Part shown: positions 49,138-61,558 of the stretch, piece after piece
How the letters are laid out: the number at the start of each line of letters is the position of its first letter
Position numbering within the stretch: the stretch's first letter is position 1
Assembly: GCF_963506605.1 (NCBI RefSeq)
Contig: NC_083276.1
Coordinates: 82,522,001 to 82,586,000 of the forward strand
Reading direction: 5' to 3'
DNA from: Zootoca vivipara
Lineage: Eukaryota
DNA: 64,000 bases
Notes under the pieces: model-generated
What the model was told of the DNA's origin: nothing
What the model saw: only the letters and a program-made list of their open reading frames with translations
Databases searched by the model: none
Translations under genes and position numbers: made by a program

Positions 49138-50721
49138 TGCCACTCAAATTGCATATCTAGAGTACGGAGAAAACAAAGCAGATTTTTCAAAAGAGCAAGA
49201 GCAGGGATCATTCTGTTTGTAACCCAAGGCTAGTTCTGTTATTAATAAGACAGCCAGTCAAGAAGCAGGGTGCCGACTCTAGGGGATTGTAAGCGCCTCA
49301 GTCCCCTTGGTATCAGTTTGACCTGCAACACAATGTTGCAATGTCCACCCACAGGGTTTTATTCACTCCTTTCCACAGTGAGACAGCATTTCATGGACAA
49401 TGAGCATGCTGAGTTTGACAGTTTCCCTCCACCGAAAACTCCCCCCCCCTTAAAGATATCGTCCACTTCTGCAAATGTCAGAGTTTTCTACATCAGATGA
49501 TACCATTTCCTGGTGTTGATGGTACCTTCTTGATTACATAAAGACAGCATGAATTTGCTATTCAAATATATTAATCCAGTCAATGTCCATTTTTTTCGAT
49601 TGTGAAACTTTATCAAAGCAGATACAAATTATTCCAGCTTTTTCATCAGCTATTTTCAACTGATAAAATAAAATTTCTCAAAATATGTTTCATTTACAAA
49701 ATCATTAATTTTTTCATTAAAATACATGATGAAAGAAGAAAATATCGGATTCTTGTTTTTAAAAATCCCAAGATAAATGAAACAGGAATAGTGTCATCTA
49801 ACAACACTACCCTCCAAAATTACACTTTCTCTTAATACCAGACCTTTTGGGGGGCGGGTAAATGAATTATCTGCGAAATCTGCCACTGTTTGATAAAAAT
49901 AAATGAGTTGGAAATTTACATAATGATAACAGTGTATTGCAGACATACAATAATTGTTATAAAGCAGTAACTAAACCTACCTTATACATTTACACAATTG
50001 AATTTTAAATCAATGGAATGGAATTAAAATCTTAATACAGATTTAAAAATTAAATGGATTTAAAAATTAAGTCATCACAACAAAACCGAAAGCTACAGTA
50101 TAAAGTCCCTTTTTACTGATAAGGGATTTAAGATTGTGACATGAAAATTTACCCCTCACCCTCTGATACCATGAGTTCTGATTTCTGATCTTCAGCTCAT
50201 TGAATGAATACAGTATGCCTATCACTAAAAAATAGCACTGCCTACATAAAATGTTTGACTGCCTAAGCCTGCCAGTACAATAAAGCATCGACTTGCCTTC
50301 CTTGCTTTCCTTGCAGACTTGAGCACCACAGTAAGAGAGGGCAATGTGAAGAATTTATGTCTCATCAGGAAAAATGATGTTGTGCCTCTTCTCAAGCAAA
50401 ATTCAGTAAACAATGCCTCTGACGTGAGTCAAAAGGGCAAAGTATTGTTTTTCCTTTGGCATGGTGGTTGGGGGAATGGTGTCTGTATTGGGACAAAGGT
50501 CTCTGAGGAATCCTGCAGTCCCTCAGTTGAAGTCTCAGTTGTGTACAAGTTCATTTGGCCAAAAGGTATTTTGAATGCAATTGCCCTGATCCATAGAAGA
50601 CGTATTGTGCCCAAGTTCTGCTGAACTCAAGGGAACTTACATTGACCTTGAAATCTCATTGCTTTCAATGAGACTCGTACTGCTACTTTTCTCAGGAGGA
50701 CAAAGTCTCTTCAAAGCAATA

Positions 50722-51131
50722 TGCTTTTGTCATGATGTTTGTGTAGCGTGATGGACTGCAGATAGCAACAGAGCGGTCATATGCCACTGCTAGCAATTAA
50801 ATATGAGTGCCCACAACATCAGTCAGAAATAAGAGTTGTAGCATGCAACCAAGAAATGACATTGCCTTGTCCTCTGACCAGAAGACCTGGAGCATCTTTG
50901 GTACAGTGACAGTTGAGCAAAGGACATCTAAAAAAGATAAATCACTGAGGAAGAGATACATGGCGGTCTGGAGGTGAACATCTGTCCCTATGGCAAAGAG
51001 AATTGCCCCGTTCCCTACCAGAGTAATCAAGTAGGTCAGCAGAATTGCCAAGAGGGAGATTTGCACTTCCAGAAGATTAGACAGCTTGGTGAAGTAAAAA
51101 ATTTTTGTTTTTATGTATCGTCTTTCTCCAT
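50722..51131 (-). pseudogene. OR 5'-half pseudogene, copy 2
   Basis: Same GTHI* stop and truncation point; extra indels. Confidence 0.92.
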
Positions 51132-51205
51132 CTTCCTGGCAATCAGGTCAACTGGATTATCCAAAATAGAGTGGAAACAGATAAAATTTGTTTACAGCTT
51201 AACTA

Positions 51206-51548
51206 AAGGTAAAGGGACCCCTGACCATTAGGTCCAGTCATGACCGACTCTGGGGTTGCGGCGCTCATCTCGCATTATTCGCCAAGGGAGCCGGCATACA
51301 GCTTCCAGGTCATGTGGCCAGCATGACTAAGCCGCGTCTGGCGAACCAGAGCAGCTCACAGAAACGCCGTTTACCTTCCCGCTTGGAGCGGTACCTATTT
51401 ATCTACTTGCACTTTGAGGTGCTTTCGAACTGCTAGGTTGGCAGGAGCAGGGACCAAGCAACAGGAGCTCACCCCGTCATAGGGATTCGAACTGCTGATT
51501 GGCAAGCCCTAGGCTCTGTGGTTTAACCCAAAGCGCCACCCACATCCC
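51206..51548 (-). mobile_element. Sauria SINE, specific to unit 2
   Basis: TSD GCTTAACTA (51197-51205, 51549-51557); absent at 44643 and 56571. Confidence 0.9.
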
Positions 51549-52857
51549 GCTTAACTACTTAACTACTTAACAATATATAATTGATTACCTATCTGACTTT
51601 TATTAACATTGAGCTTGATTCATTTTCGTCTCCACACATCCCTCATCCACCCATGGCTACCAGCTTGGCCAGCGGGGACTGGCAACTGAGTGGGAGTTCA
51701 TATGAACTTCTCAGTGTGCAGTAATCTAGAATTAATATACCAAAGCTCCGCCGTGAGCCACTGGGAAAAGGAAATGCCATCTTATCAACAATCTAATCAA
51801 TAATCAATTTTGAAATTCGAAATACAAAATTTAGGTCATATTAGGCATCAAGCAAAAACCTGACCTTTGACTGATTAACAGTTTTATTCCTTCCTAACTC
51901 TCTGTGCAAAATTACCAACTAAATGAAATATTTAAAAATGAAAAAAGGAAGGATTTGCTTATGAAATCTCAAATTTTCAGTGAAAAATAATAGAAATTGG
52001 TACTAAAATATCTTCAAAGATCTACAATTCATGCTTGGAATGTGAAATTAAAGATGAAGAGGTCAAGGTTGTCATGACAAAGTGGGCAAAAGATGTGGGA
52101 TACAATGCTCACGTGACAGATTGCTAAAAATTCTGGAAGGACTTGAAATTCATGGCCTGTACTTCATTTAAGTGTTGCAAATGTTTTGTTTGTTTTTTAA
52201 AGGAAAATGCCGTTTGGATAATCTTAGCTCAGTACCGTCCCAGCTAAAGAAGACTGGTAAATTAATGGAATAGGCTGAAATGGTTTAAATAATTGGGAAA
52301 TCTAGAAATTAAGATGATAACAATATAAAGAAGAATGGGAAATGTTTATTGTATACACACAAAAGCAATGCACATAAGAAAATACATTAGCAGGATTTCA
52401 AAAACACTTGTAACACGTTAGACAATGTATTAAAAATGGAAGAAAATAGAAGTTAAGATTTTTTGGATGTCCATAAATGAAAATAATAAAATGGAACCAG
52501 GGGAGGGGAAGGAGGGAAGTTGAGGGATTCAAGTAATCCCAAACTAAGGATTTAATATGAATTGTTTAAAAAAAACCAAAAACATAATTCTGTGTGTGTC
52601 TTCTTCTTCTTCTTCTTCTTCTTCTTCTTCTTCTTCTTCTTCTTCTTCTGTTCTTCTGGATTGGCCATACGCCGTTATGTTGTCATTGCTCTCCCCTGGA
52701 ACGGTGGCAAAATGGGGGGGCGGGCTCTCTGCTTGAACAGACTTTCTCCAGAGCCAGCCCAATCCCCACATATTCTGGATAACCCTGATGTTTGCTAGAG
52801 CCCCGGCCGGGGACTGGGAGGGATAAATGCCCAATGCCTAAGCCAAGGTCTCCCTAC

Positions 52858-53053
52858 CATAGCTGTCAACCCTCCCTTGTTACTCCAAGCCACAGGTGTC
52901 AGCCATCCCTTTTTTTGCTGGAATTTCCCTAATTCCAGTGCCGTTTCCCGCTGCTATCCTGGATTGTTAGATTGTTAGATGTACCGTAGACTGTCCCCAG
53001 GACAAGTGAGGCTGCTGATCCCTTATTTTCAAATCCGAAAGTTGACAGCGATG
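52858..53053. mobile_element. hAT MITE (duplicate of 46645-46840) inside LTR-like remnant 52661-53189
   Basis: Same TIRs and CTCCCTAC TSD. Confidence 0.9.
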
Positions 53054-53189
53054 CTCCCTACATCTGACGTTTTAATAAAGTTGTGGCCAAATTTTAATCC
53101 CACGTTCAACCCCACAATTTTAACACGTTGTCTTGAGTCATTATTCCACATGGATGTCACCCAGGGTTGGGGGGTCTCTGCCTGTGCAG

Positions 53190-53267
53190 AAGGAAGGAAG
53201 GAAGGAAGGAAGGAAGGAAGGAAGGAAGGAAGGAAGGAAGGAAGGAAGGAAGGAAAGAAGGAAGGAA
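53190..53267. repeat. (GGAA)n microsatellite (also 58662-58725; short at 46978-46994)
   Basis: Seen directly. Confidence 0.95.
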
Positions 53268-53348
53268 TATTGTAGTGACTTTTGGCTGAGAAGTACAACA
53301 TATTTGAAGGACAGTATTCAAGGACAGGGAAGAATGAACCCAGTAACT

Positions 53349-54284
53349 TCATGAAAATATTTTCAAGCAAAATGCTTTGACCAAGGCCCTCTTAACATCC
53401 TTATTCCTCAGACTATAGATCATAGGGTTTAGCATAGGAGTAACAATCCCATACAACATGGAAACAATTCTGTCCTGTTTGGGTGAATAGCTGGAGGTGG
53501 GACGAACATAGGTGGCAATAGTGGTCCCATAAAACAAGAAAACTACAGTCAGGTGGGAACCACAGGTAGAAAAGGCTTTCCGCCTTCCCTCAGCAGAGCG
53601 CATGCGTAGGATAGCAGAGATGATATAGACGTAAGAGATCAGAGTGACCAGGAAAGCACCACCTCCTAAAATGCCAGCCACAAGCAGGAGAACCAGTTCT
53701 GGGAGATAAGTAGAGGAGCAAGAGGCAGCCATTAGTGGTGGGAGATCACAGTAATACTGGTGAATTTTATTTGGCCCACAGAAGGATAATGAAGAGGTCA
53801 ATGAAGTATGAATCATGGAACTGATGAAGCCGGTTAGCCAGGTCCCAGCAGCCAGCTGAACACACCGCCGTTTCGTCATGATGTTTGTGTAGTGCAAGGG
53901 ACTGCAGATAGCCACGTAGCGGTCATACGCCATCACTGAGAGCAATAAAATTTCAGTGCCCACAGCATCAATCAGAAAGAAGAGTTGTAATACACAACCA
54001 ACAAAGGATATTGACTTGTCCTCTGACAAGAAGACCTGGAGCATCTTGGGCACAGTGGTAGTTGGGCAAAGGACATCCAGGAAAGACAGGTTGCTGATGA
54101 AGAAGTACATGGGGGTCTGGAGGTGAACATCTGTTGCTATTGCTGTGAGAATTGCCCCATTCCCTGCCAGAGTGATCAAGTAAATCAGCAGAATTGCTAC
54201 AAAGAGGAAGATTCGCACTTCTGGGAGATCAGACAGCTCAGTGAAGTAAAAATCTCTTGTTTTTGTGATATTGGCTTTCTCCAT
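53349..54284 (-). CDS. Olfactory receptor, tandem array copy 3, intact (311 aa)
   Basis: Full motif set. Confidence 0.96.
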   Translation of the reverse strand: MEKANITKTRDFYFTELSDLPEVRIFLFVAILLIYLITLAGNGAILTAIATDVHLQTPMYFFISNLSFLDVLCPTTTVPKMLQVFLSEDKSISFVGCVLQLFFLIDAVGTEILLLSVMAYDRYVAICSPLHYTNIMTKRRCVQLAAGTWLTGFISSMIHTSLTSSLSFCGPNKIHQYYCDLPPLMAASCSSTYLPELVLLLVAGILGGGAFLVTLISYVYIISAILRMRSAEGRRKAFSTCGSHLTVVFLFYGTTIATYVRPTSSYSPKQDRIVSMLYGIVTPMLNPMIYSLRNKDVKRALVKAFCLKIFS

Positions 54285-54457
54285 TGCCACTCAAATTGCA
54301 TATCTAAAGTACGGAGAAAACAAAGCAGATTTATTAAAAGAGCAAGAGCAGGGATCATTCTGTTTGTAACCCAAGGCTAGTTCTGTTATTAATAAGACAG
54401 CCAGTCAAGAAGCAGGGTGCCGATTCTAGGGGATTGTAAGCGCCTCAGTCCCCTTGG

Positions 54458-54674
54458 CAGTGGTCATCAACCCCCGGGCCATGGACCGGTACCGGTCCGT
54501 GGATCAATTGGTACCGGGCCGCCCAAGGAACATTAAATACAATTAAATTAAAATTATTAAATCAAAACAATCTAAATAAAATATAAACAATCAACGTCCC
54601 CCCCCCTCAGCGGGCCGCAGTAAAATTACCAAACGTTGACTGGTCCACGGCGAAAAAAAGGTTGGGGAGCACTG
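54458..54674. mobile_element. hAT-Charlie (MER1-like) MITE, specific to unit 3
   Basis: CAGTGGTCATCAACC...GGTTGGGGAGCACTG; CCCTTGG duplicated; absent in the other units. Confidence 0.85.
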
Positions 54675-56090
54675 CCCTTGGTATCAGTTTGACCTTCAAC
54701 ACAATGTTGCAATGTCCACCCACAGAGTTTTATTCACTCCTTTCCACAGTGAGACAGCATTTCATGGACAAGGGGCATGCTGAGTTTGACAGTTTCCCTC
54801 CACCGAAAACTCCCCCCCCCCCCCTTTAAAGATATCGTCCACTTCTGCAAATGTCAGGGTTCCCTACATCAGATGATACCATTTCCTGGTGTGGATAGTA
54901 TCTTTTTGACTACATCAAGATAGCTATTCAAATATATTAATCCAGTCAATGTCCATTTTTTACGATTGTGAAACTTTATAAAAGCAAATACACATTATTC
55001 CAGCTTTTTCATCCGCTATTTTCAACTGACAAAATAAGATTTCTCAAAATATGTTTCATTTACAAAATCATTAATTTTTTCATTAAAATACATGATGAAA
55101 ACAATATCAGATTCTTGTTTTTAAAAATCCCAAGATCAATGAAACAGGTATAGTGCCATCTAACAACACTACCCTCCAAAATTACACTTTCTCTTAATAA
55201 GACTAATCAGCCAAATCTGCCACTGTTTGATAAAAATAAATGGCTTGAAAATTTACGTAATGATAACAGTTTAATGCAGACATACAATAATTGTTATAAC
55301 GCAGTAACTAAACCTACCTTGTACATTCCCACAACTGAATTTTAAATCAATGGAATGGGTTTTAATACAGATTTTAAAAATTAAGTCATCACAACAATGT
55401 ATATTGTGAAGATGCTATTGTTTTTCAACTGCAAAACCTAAAGCTACAGTATAAAGTCCCTTTTTACTGATAAGGGATTTAAGATTGTGACATGGAAATT
55501 TGCCCATCACCCACAGATATAATGAGTTCTGATCTCTGATCTTCAGCTCATTGAATGAATACATTAAGCCTATCACTAAAAAATAGCACTGCCTACATAA
55601 AATGTTTGACTGCCTAAGCCTGCCAGTACAATAAAGCATCGACTTGCCTTCCTTGCTTTCCTTGCAGATTTGAGCACCACAGTAAGAGAGGGCAATGTGA
55701 AGAATTTATGTCTCATCAGAAAAAATGATGTTGTGCCTCTTCTCAAGCAAAATTCAGTAAACAATGCCTCTGACGTGAGTCAAAAGGGCAAAGTATTGTT
55801 TTTCCTTTCGCATGGCAGTTGGGGGAATGGTATCGAGACAGTGTCTCTATTGGGACAAAGGTCTCTGAGGAATCCTGCAGTCCCTGAGTTGAAGTCTCAG
55901 TAGTGTGGAAATTCATTTGGCCAAAAGGTATTTTGAATGCAATGGCCCTGGCCTGATCCATAGAAGATGTGTTGTGCCCAAGTTCTGGTGAACTCAAGGA
56001 AACTTACTTTAACCTTGGAATCCCATTGCTTTCAATGGGACTTGCACAGCTACTTTTCTCAGGAGGACAATGTCTATTCAAAGAAATATG

Positions 56091-56505
56091 GCATTGTCAT
56101 GATGTTTGTGTAGCGTGATAGACTGCAGATAGCAACAGAGCGGTCATATGCCACTGCTAGCAATTAAATATGAGTGCCCATCACCACATCAATCAGATAT
56201 AAGAGCTATAGCATGCAACCAATAAATGATATTGCCTTGTCCTCTGACAAGAAGACCTCGAGCTTCTTTGGCACAGTGAGAGTTGAGCAAAGGACGTCTA
56301 AAAAAGATGAATTACTGGGGAAGAGATACATGGGGGTCTAGAGGTGAACTTCTGTCCCTATGGCCAAGAGAATTGCCCCTTCCCTACCAGAGTAATCAAG
56401 TAGGTCAGGAGAATTGTCACAAAGAGGGACATTTGCACTTCCAGAAGATTAGACAGCTTGGTGAGGTAAAAAATATTTTGTTTCTGTGATATGGTCTTTC
56501 TCCAT
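56091..56505 (-). pseudogene. OR 5'-half pseudogene, copy 3
   Basis: Same GTHI* stop and truncation. Confidence 0.92.
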
Positions 56506-58186
56506 CTTCCTGCCAATCAGGTCAACTGGATTATCCAAAAGACAGTGGAAACAGAGTAAATTTGTTTAAAGCTTAACTACTTAACAATATATAATTGATT
56601 ACCTATCTGACTTTTATTTACATTGAGCTTGATTCCTTTTCTGTCTCCACACATCCCTCATCCACCTATGGCTACCAGCTTGGCCAGAGAGGACTGGCAA
56701 CTGAGTGGGAGTTCATATGTACTTCTCAGTGTGCAATAATCTAGAGTTAATATACTAAAGCTTCACTATGAGCCACTGAGAAAAGGAAATGCCATCTTAT
56801 CAACAATCTAACCAATAATCAATTATGAAATTTGAAATACAAAATGTAGGTCATATTATGCATCCAGCAAAATCCTGAACTTTGACTGATTAACAGTATA
56901 TAATAATAAAATTTATTATTTATACCCCCCCACCCAAAAAAAAATCTGGCTTGGTTTCCCCAGCCACTCTGTGCAGCTTCCAACAAAATATTAAAATACA
57001 ATAATCTGTTAAACATTAAAAGCTTCCCTAAACAGGGCTGCCTTCAGATGTCTTCTAAAAGTCTGGTAGTTGACATGTGTCCTTCCTAACTCTGTGCAAC
57101 ATTACCAAGTACAGTAAATGAAATATTTAAAAATGAAAAAGGTAGGATTTGCTTATGAAATCTCAAATTTTCAGTCAGAAATTATAGAAAGTGGTACTAA
57201 AATATCTTCAAAGATGTACAATTCGTGCTTGGAATGGGAAATCAAAGATGAAGAGGTCAAGGATGTCATGACAAAGTGGGCAAAAATGTGAGATACAATA
57301 CTCAGGTGACAGATTGGGGAAAATTCTGGGAGAAGGACTTAAAATTCATGGCCTGTGCTTCATTTAAACGTAAAAAAAAGAGGGGGGGATGCTGTTTGGA
57401 TAATCCTAGCTCAGTACAGTCCCAGCTAAAGAAGACTGGTAAATTAAGTTAATGGAATAGGCTGAAATGGTTTAAATAATTGGGAAATCTAGAAATTAAG
57501 ATGTTAACAATATAAAGAAGAATATTTATTGTATACACACAAAAGCAATGCACATAAGTAAATACATTAGCAGGATTTCGAAAAACACTTGTAACACGTT
57601 AGACAATGTATTAAAAATGGAAGAAAACAGAAGTTAAGATTTTTTGGATGTCCATAAATGAAAATAATAGAATGGAACCAGGGGAGGAGACAGAGGGAAG
57701 TTGAGGGATTCAAGTAATCCCAAACTAAGGATTTAATATGAATTGTTAAAAAAAAACCAAAAAACATAATTGTGTTTGTGTCTTCTTCTTCTTCTTCTTG
57801 TTCTTCTTCTTGTTCTTCTTCTTCTTCTTCTGTTCTTCTGGGTTATTTTCTTTTTCTTTAAATGAAATGTTTTTGGGTTTTGTAAAAAGTTAATTAAAAA
57901 ATTATCACATTAAAAAAACCAGTCTGTTTCCTTGGTGGCAAAGATAATTGGTGGGATTCACCTAAGTTGTTGTGTGCATAGAATGAAGTCCACTCAGGCC
58001 ACATCTCCTTCCACCTTGTGCCCCCAGTAATCCATAAATCTGCTGTAGGAGGTTGGGAGAAAACCCAGAGCAGGATGCAAGAGGAGTGCATGGCAGAAGA
58101 CAGGGGGGAAGGTCCTATTGTGCAGGTGGAACTTGTTCCTCTGCTCATGTGCCCCTTAGTACTACACTGAATTCCACCCACTATGT

Positions 58187-58662
58187 TTGCCTTCCCCGTA
58201 GCAAAACATCACAACTTTGGCAGTTTCAGGCCTCAGGTGGAATCCTTTAGTCTATCTTCTCTAAATTGGGGGGGGGGTTTGAAGCGGTGACCCACGCCCT
58301 GCCTGCGGTGTCGATCCCAGGGTTCCCCGCTAAAGGGGTTGTTTTGAGGGGAGGTATTGGCCATACGCCGTTAGCTTGTCATTGCTCTCCCCTGGGACGG
58401 TGGCAAAATGGGGGGCGGGCTCTCTGCTTGAACAGACGTTCTCCAGAGCCAGCCCAATCCCCACATATTCTGGATAACCCTGATGTTCCCCAGATCCCTG
58501 GCTGGGAACTGGGAGGGATAAACGCCCACAGCCTAAGCCAAGGTCTCCCTACACCTGAAGTTTGAATAAAGTTGTGGCCAAATTTTAATCCCATAACACG
58601 TTGTCTTGAGTCATTATTCCACGCGGGTGTCACGCAGGGTCGGGGGATCTCTGCCGGTCTGC
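58187..58662 (+). mobile_element. LTR-like repeat, 3' part, without the nested MITE
   Basis: Single CTCCCTAC (empty site) at ~58545-58552. Confidence 0.7.
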
Positions 58663-58816
58663 GGAAGGAAGGAAGGAAGGAAGGAAGGAAGGAAGGAAGG
58701 AAGGAAGGAAGGAAGGAAGGAAGGAATATTGTAGTGACTTTTAGCTCAGAAGTACAACATATTTGAAGGACAGTATTCAAGGACAGGGAGGAATGAAACC
58801 AGCAACTTCATGAAAA

Positions 58817-59743
58817 TCATTTCAAGCCAAATGCTTTGACCAAGGCCCTCTTAACATCCTTATTCCTCAGGCTGTAGATCATAGGGTTTAGCATAGGAGT
58901 AACAATCCCATACAGCATGGAAACAATTCTGTCCTGTTTGGGCGAATAGCTGGAAGTGGGGCGAACATAGGTGGCAATGGTGGTCCCATAAAACAGGAAA
59001 ACTACAGTCAGGTGGGAACCACAGGTAGAAAAAGCTTTGCGCCTTCCCTCAGCAGAGCGCATGCGCAGGATAGCAGAGATGATATAGATGTAAGAGATCA
59101 GAGTGACCAGGAAAGCACCACCTCCTAAAATGCCAGCCACAAGGAGAGCAACCAGTTCAGGGAGGTAGGTAGAGGAGCAAGAGGCAGCCATTAGTGGTGG
59201 GATATCGCAGTAATATTGGTTAATTTTATAGGGCTCACAGAAGGATAATGTAAAGGTCAATGAGGTATGAATCATGGAATTGATGAAGCCGGTTAGCCAG
59301 GTCCCAGCAGCCAGCTGAGCACACCGCCTTTTCGTCATGATGTTTGTGTAGTGCAGGGGACTGCAGATTGCCACGTAGCGGTCATACGCCATCACTGAGA
59401 GCAAGAAGATTTCGGTGCCCACAGCATCAATCAGAAAGAAGAGCTGTAATACACAACCAACAAATGATATTGTCTTGTCCTCCGACATAAAGATCTGGAG
59501 CATCTTTGGCACTGTAACTGTGGGGCAAAGGACATCCAGGAAAGATAGGCTGCTGATGAAGAAGTACATGGGAGTCTGGAGGTGAACATCTGTCGCTATT
59601 GCCATGAGGATTGATCCATTCCCTACCAGAGTGATCAAGTAAATCAGCAGAATTGCTACAAAGAGGAATATTCGCACTTCTGGGAGATCAGACAGCTCTA
59701 TGAAATAAAAATCTCTTGTTTTTGTGATATTGGTTTTCTCCAT
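58817..59743 (-). CDS. Olfactory receptor, tandem array copy 4, intact (308 aa)
   Basis: MEKTNIT...; full motif set; stop 3 codons earlier than the paralogs. Confidence 0.95.
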   Translation of the reverse strand: MEKTNITKTRDFYFIELSDLPEVRIFLFVAILLIYLITLVGNGSILMAIATDVHLQTPMYFFISSLSFLDVLCPTVTVPKMLQIFMSEDKTISFVGCVLQLFFLIDAVGTEIFLLSVMAYDRYVAICSPLHYTNIMTKRRCAQLAAGTWLTGFINSMIHTSLTFTLSFCEPYKINQYYCDIPPLMAASCSSTYLPELVALLVAGILGGGAFLVTLISYIYIISAILRMRSAEGRRKAFSTCGSHLTVVFLFYGTTIATYVRPTSSYSPKQDRIVSMLYGIVTPMLNPMIYSLRNKDVKRALVKAFGLK

Positions 59744-61518
59744 TGCCACTCAAATTTTCTATCTAAATTACAGAGAAAACAAAGCAGATTTGTTAAGAGA
59801 GCAACAGTAGGGATCATTCAGTTTGTAACCGAAGGGTAGTTCTGTTATTAATAAGAGAGCTGATTGGGACGCAGGGTGCCGATGCCCCAACTCTAGGGAA
59901 GCATAGGTACCTCAGTCCCCTTGATATCAGTTTTAGGGTGCCAGGCTCCCTCAATGTTCAGCCATTTAATTATCTTTCTTAAAACTGCAAGTTTGACCTG
60001 CAACACAATGTTGCAATGTCCACCCACAGAGTTTTATTCACTCCTTTCCACAGTGAGACAGCATTTCATGGACAATGAGCATGCTGAGTTTGACAGTTTC
60101 CCTCCACCTTAAACTCCCCCCCCCTTAAAGATATCGTCCACTTCTGCAAATGTCAGCATTTCCTACATCAGATGATACCATTTCCTGGTGTGGTTGGTAC
60201 CTTCTTGACTACATAAAGACAGCATGAATGTGCTATTAAAATATATTAATCAAGTCAATGTCCATTTGTTGCAAACATTAAACTTTATAAAACCAGATAC
60301 ATATTATTTCAGCTTTTTCATCAGCTATTTTCAACTGACAAAATAAGATTTCTCAAAATATTAGTCTATTTTTCATTTAAAAATTTCATTATTTCTTCAT
60401 TAAAATACTTGTTTATAGAAGAAGATATCAGATTTTTGTTTAAAAAATTAAGATCAATAAAACAGGTTTAGTGGCATCTAACAACATTACCCTCCAAAAT
60501 TACACTTTCTCTTAATACCAGACCTCTTACGGGGGTAAGAGAATAATCAGCCAAATCTGCCACTGTTTGATAAAAATAAATGGCTTGAAAATTTACGTAA
60601 TGATAACAGTTTAATGCAGACATACAATAATTGTTATAAAGCAGTAACTAAACCTACCTTATACATTCCCACAAATGAATTTTGAATCAATGGAATGGGT
60701 TTTAATACAGATTTTAAAACGAAATGGATTTAAAAATTAAGTCATCACAACAATGTATATTGTGAAGATGCTATTGTTTTTCAACTGCAAAACCTAAAGC
60801 TACAGTATAAAGTCCCTTTTTACTGATAAGGGATTTAAGATTGTGACATGGAAATTTGCCCATCACCCACAGATATAATGAGTTCTGATCTCTGATCTTC
60901 AGCTCATTGAATGAATACAATATGCCTATCACTAAAAAGTAGCACTGCCTACATAATATATTTGACTGCCTAAGTCTGCCAGTACAATAAAGCATCGACT
61001 TGCCTACCTTGCTTTCCTTGCAAACTTGAGCACCACAGTAAGAGAGGGCAATGTGAAGAATTTATATCTCATCAGGAAAAATGATGTCATGCCTCTTTTG
61101 AAGAAAAATTCCATAAACATTGCCTCTGACTTGAGTCAAAGGGGCAAAGTATTGTTTTTCCTTTGGCACGGGTGGTTGGGGGAATGGTATCAAGACAAAG
61201 TGTCTCTATTGGGACAAAGGTCTCTGAGGAATCCTGCAGTCTCAGTAGTGTGCAAATTCATTTAGCCAAAAGGTATTTTGAATGCAATGGCCCTGGCCTG
61301 ATCCGTAGAAGTTGTGCCCAAGTTCTGGTGAACTCAAGGAAACTTACTTTGACCTTGAAATCTCATTGCTTTCAATGGGACTCGCACAGCTACTTTTCTC
61401 AGGAGGACAAAGTCTCTTCAAAGCAATATTTGTTTCAATGTATTTTTAATCTTTTGTTGGAAGGCGCCCAGAGTGGGCGGGTAAATAATAATAATAATAA
61501 TAATTTACTATTATATTA

Positions 61519-61558
<40 letters not shown>

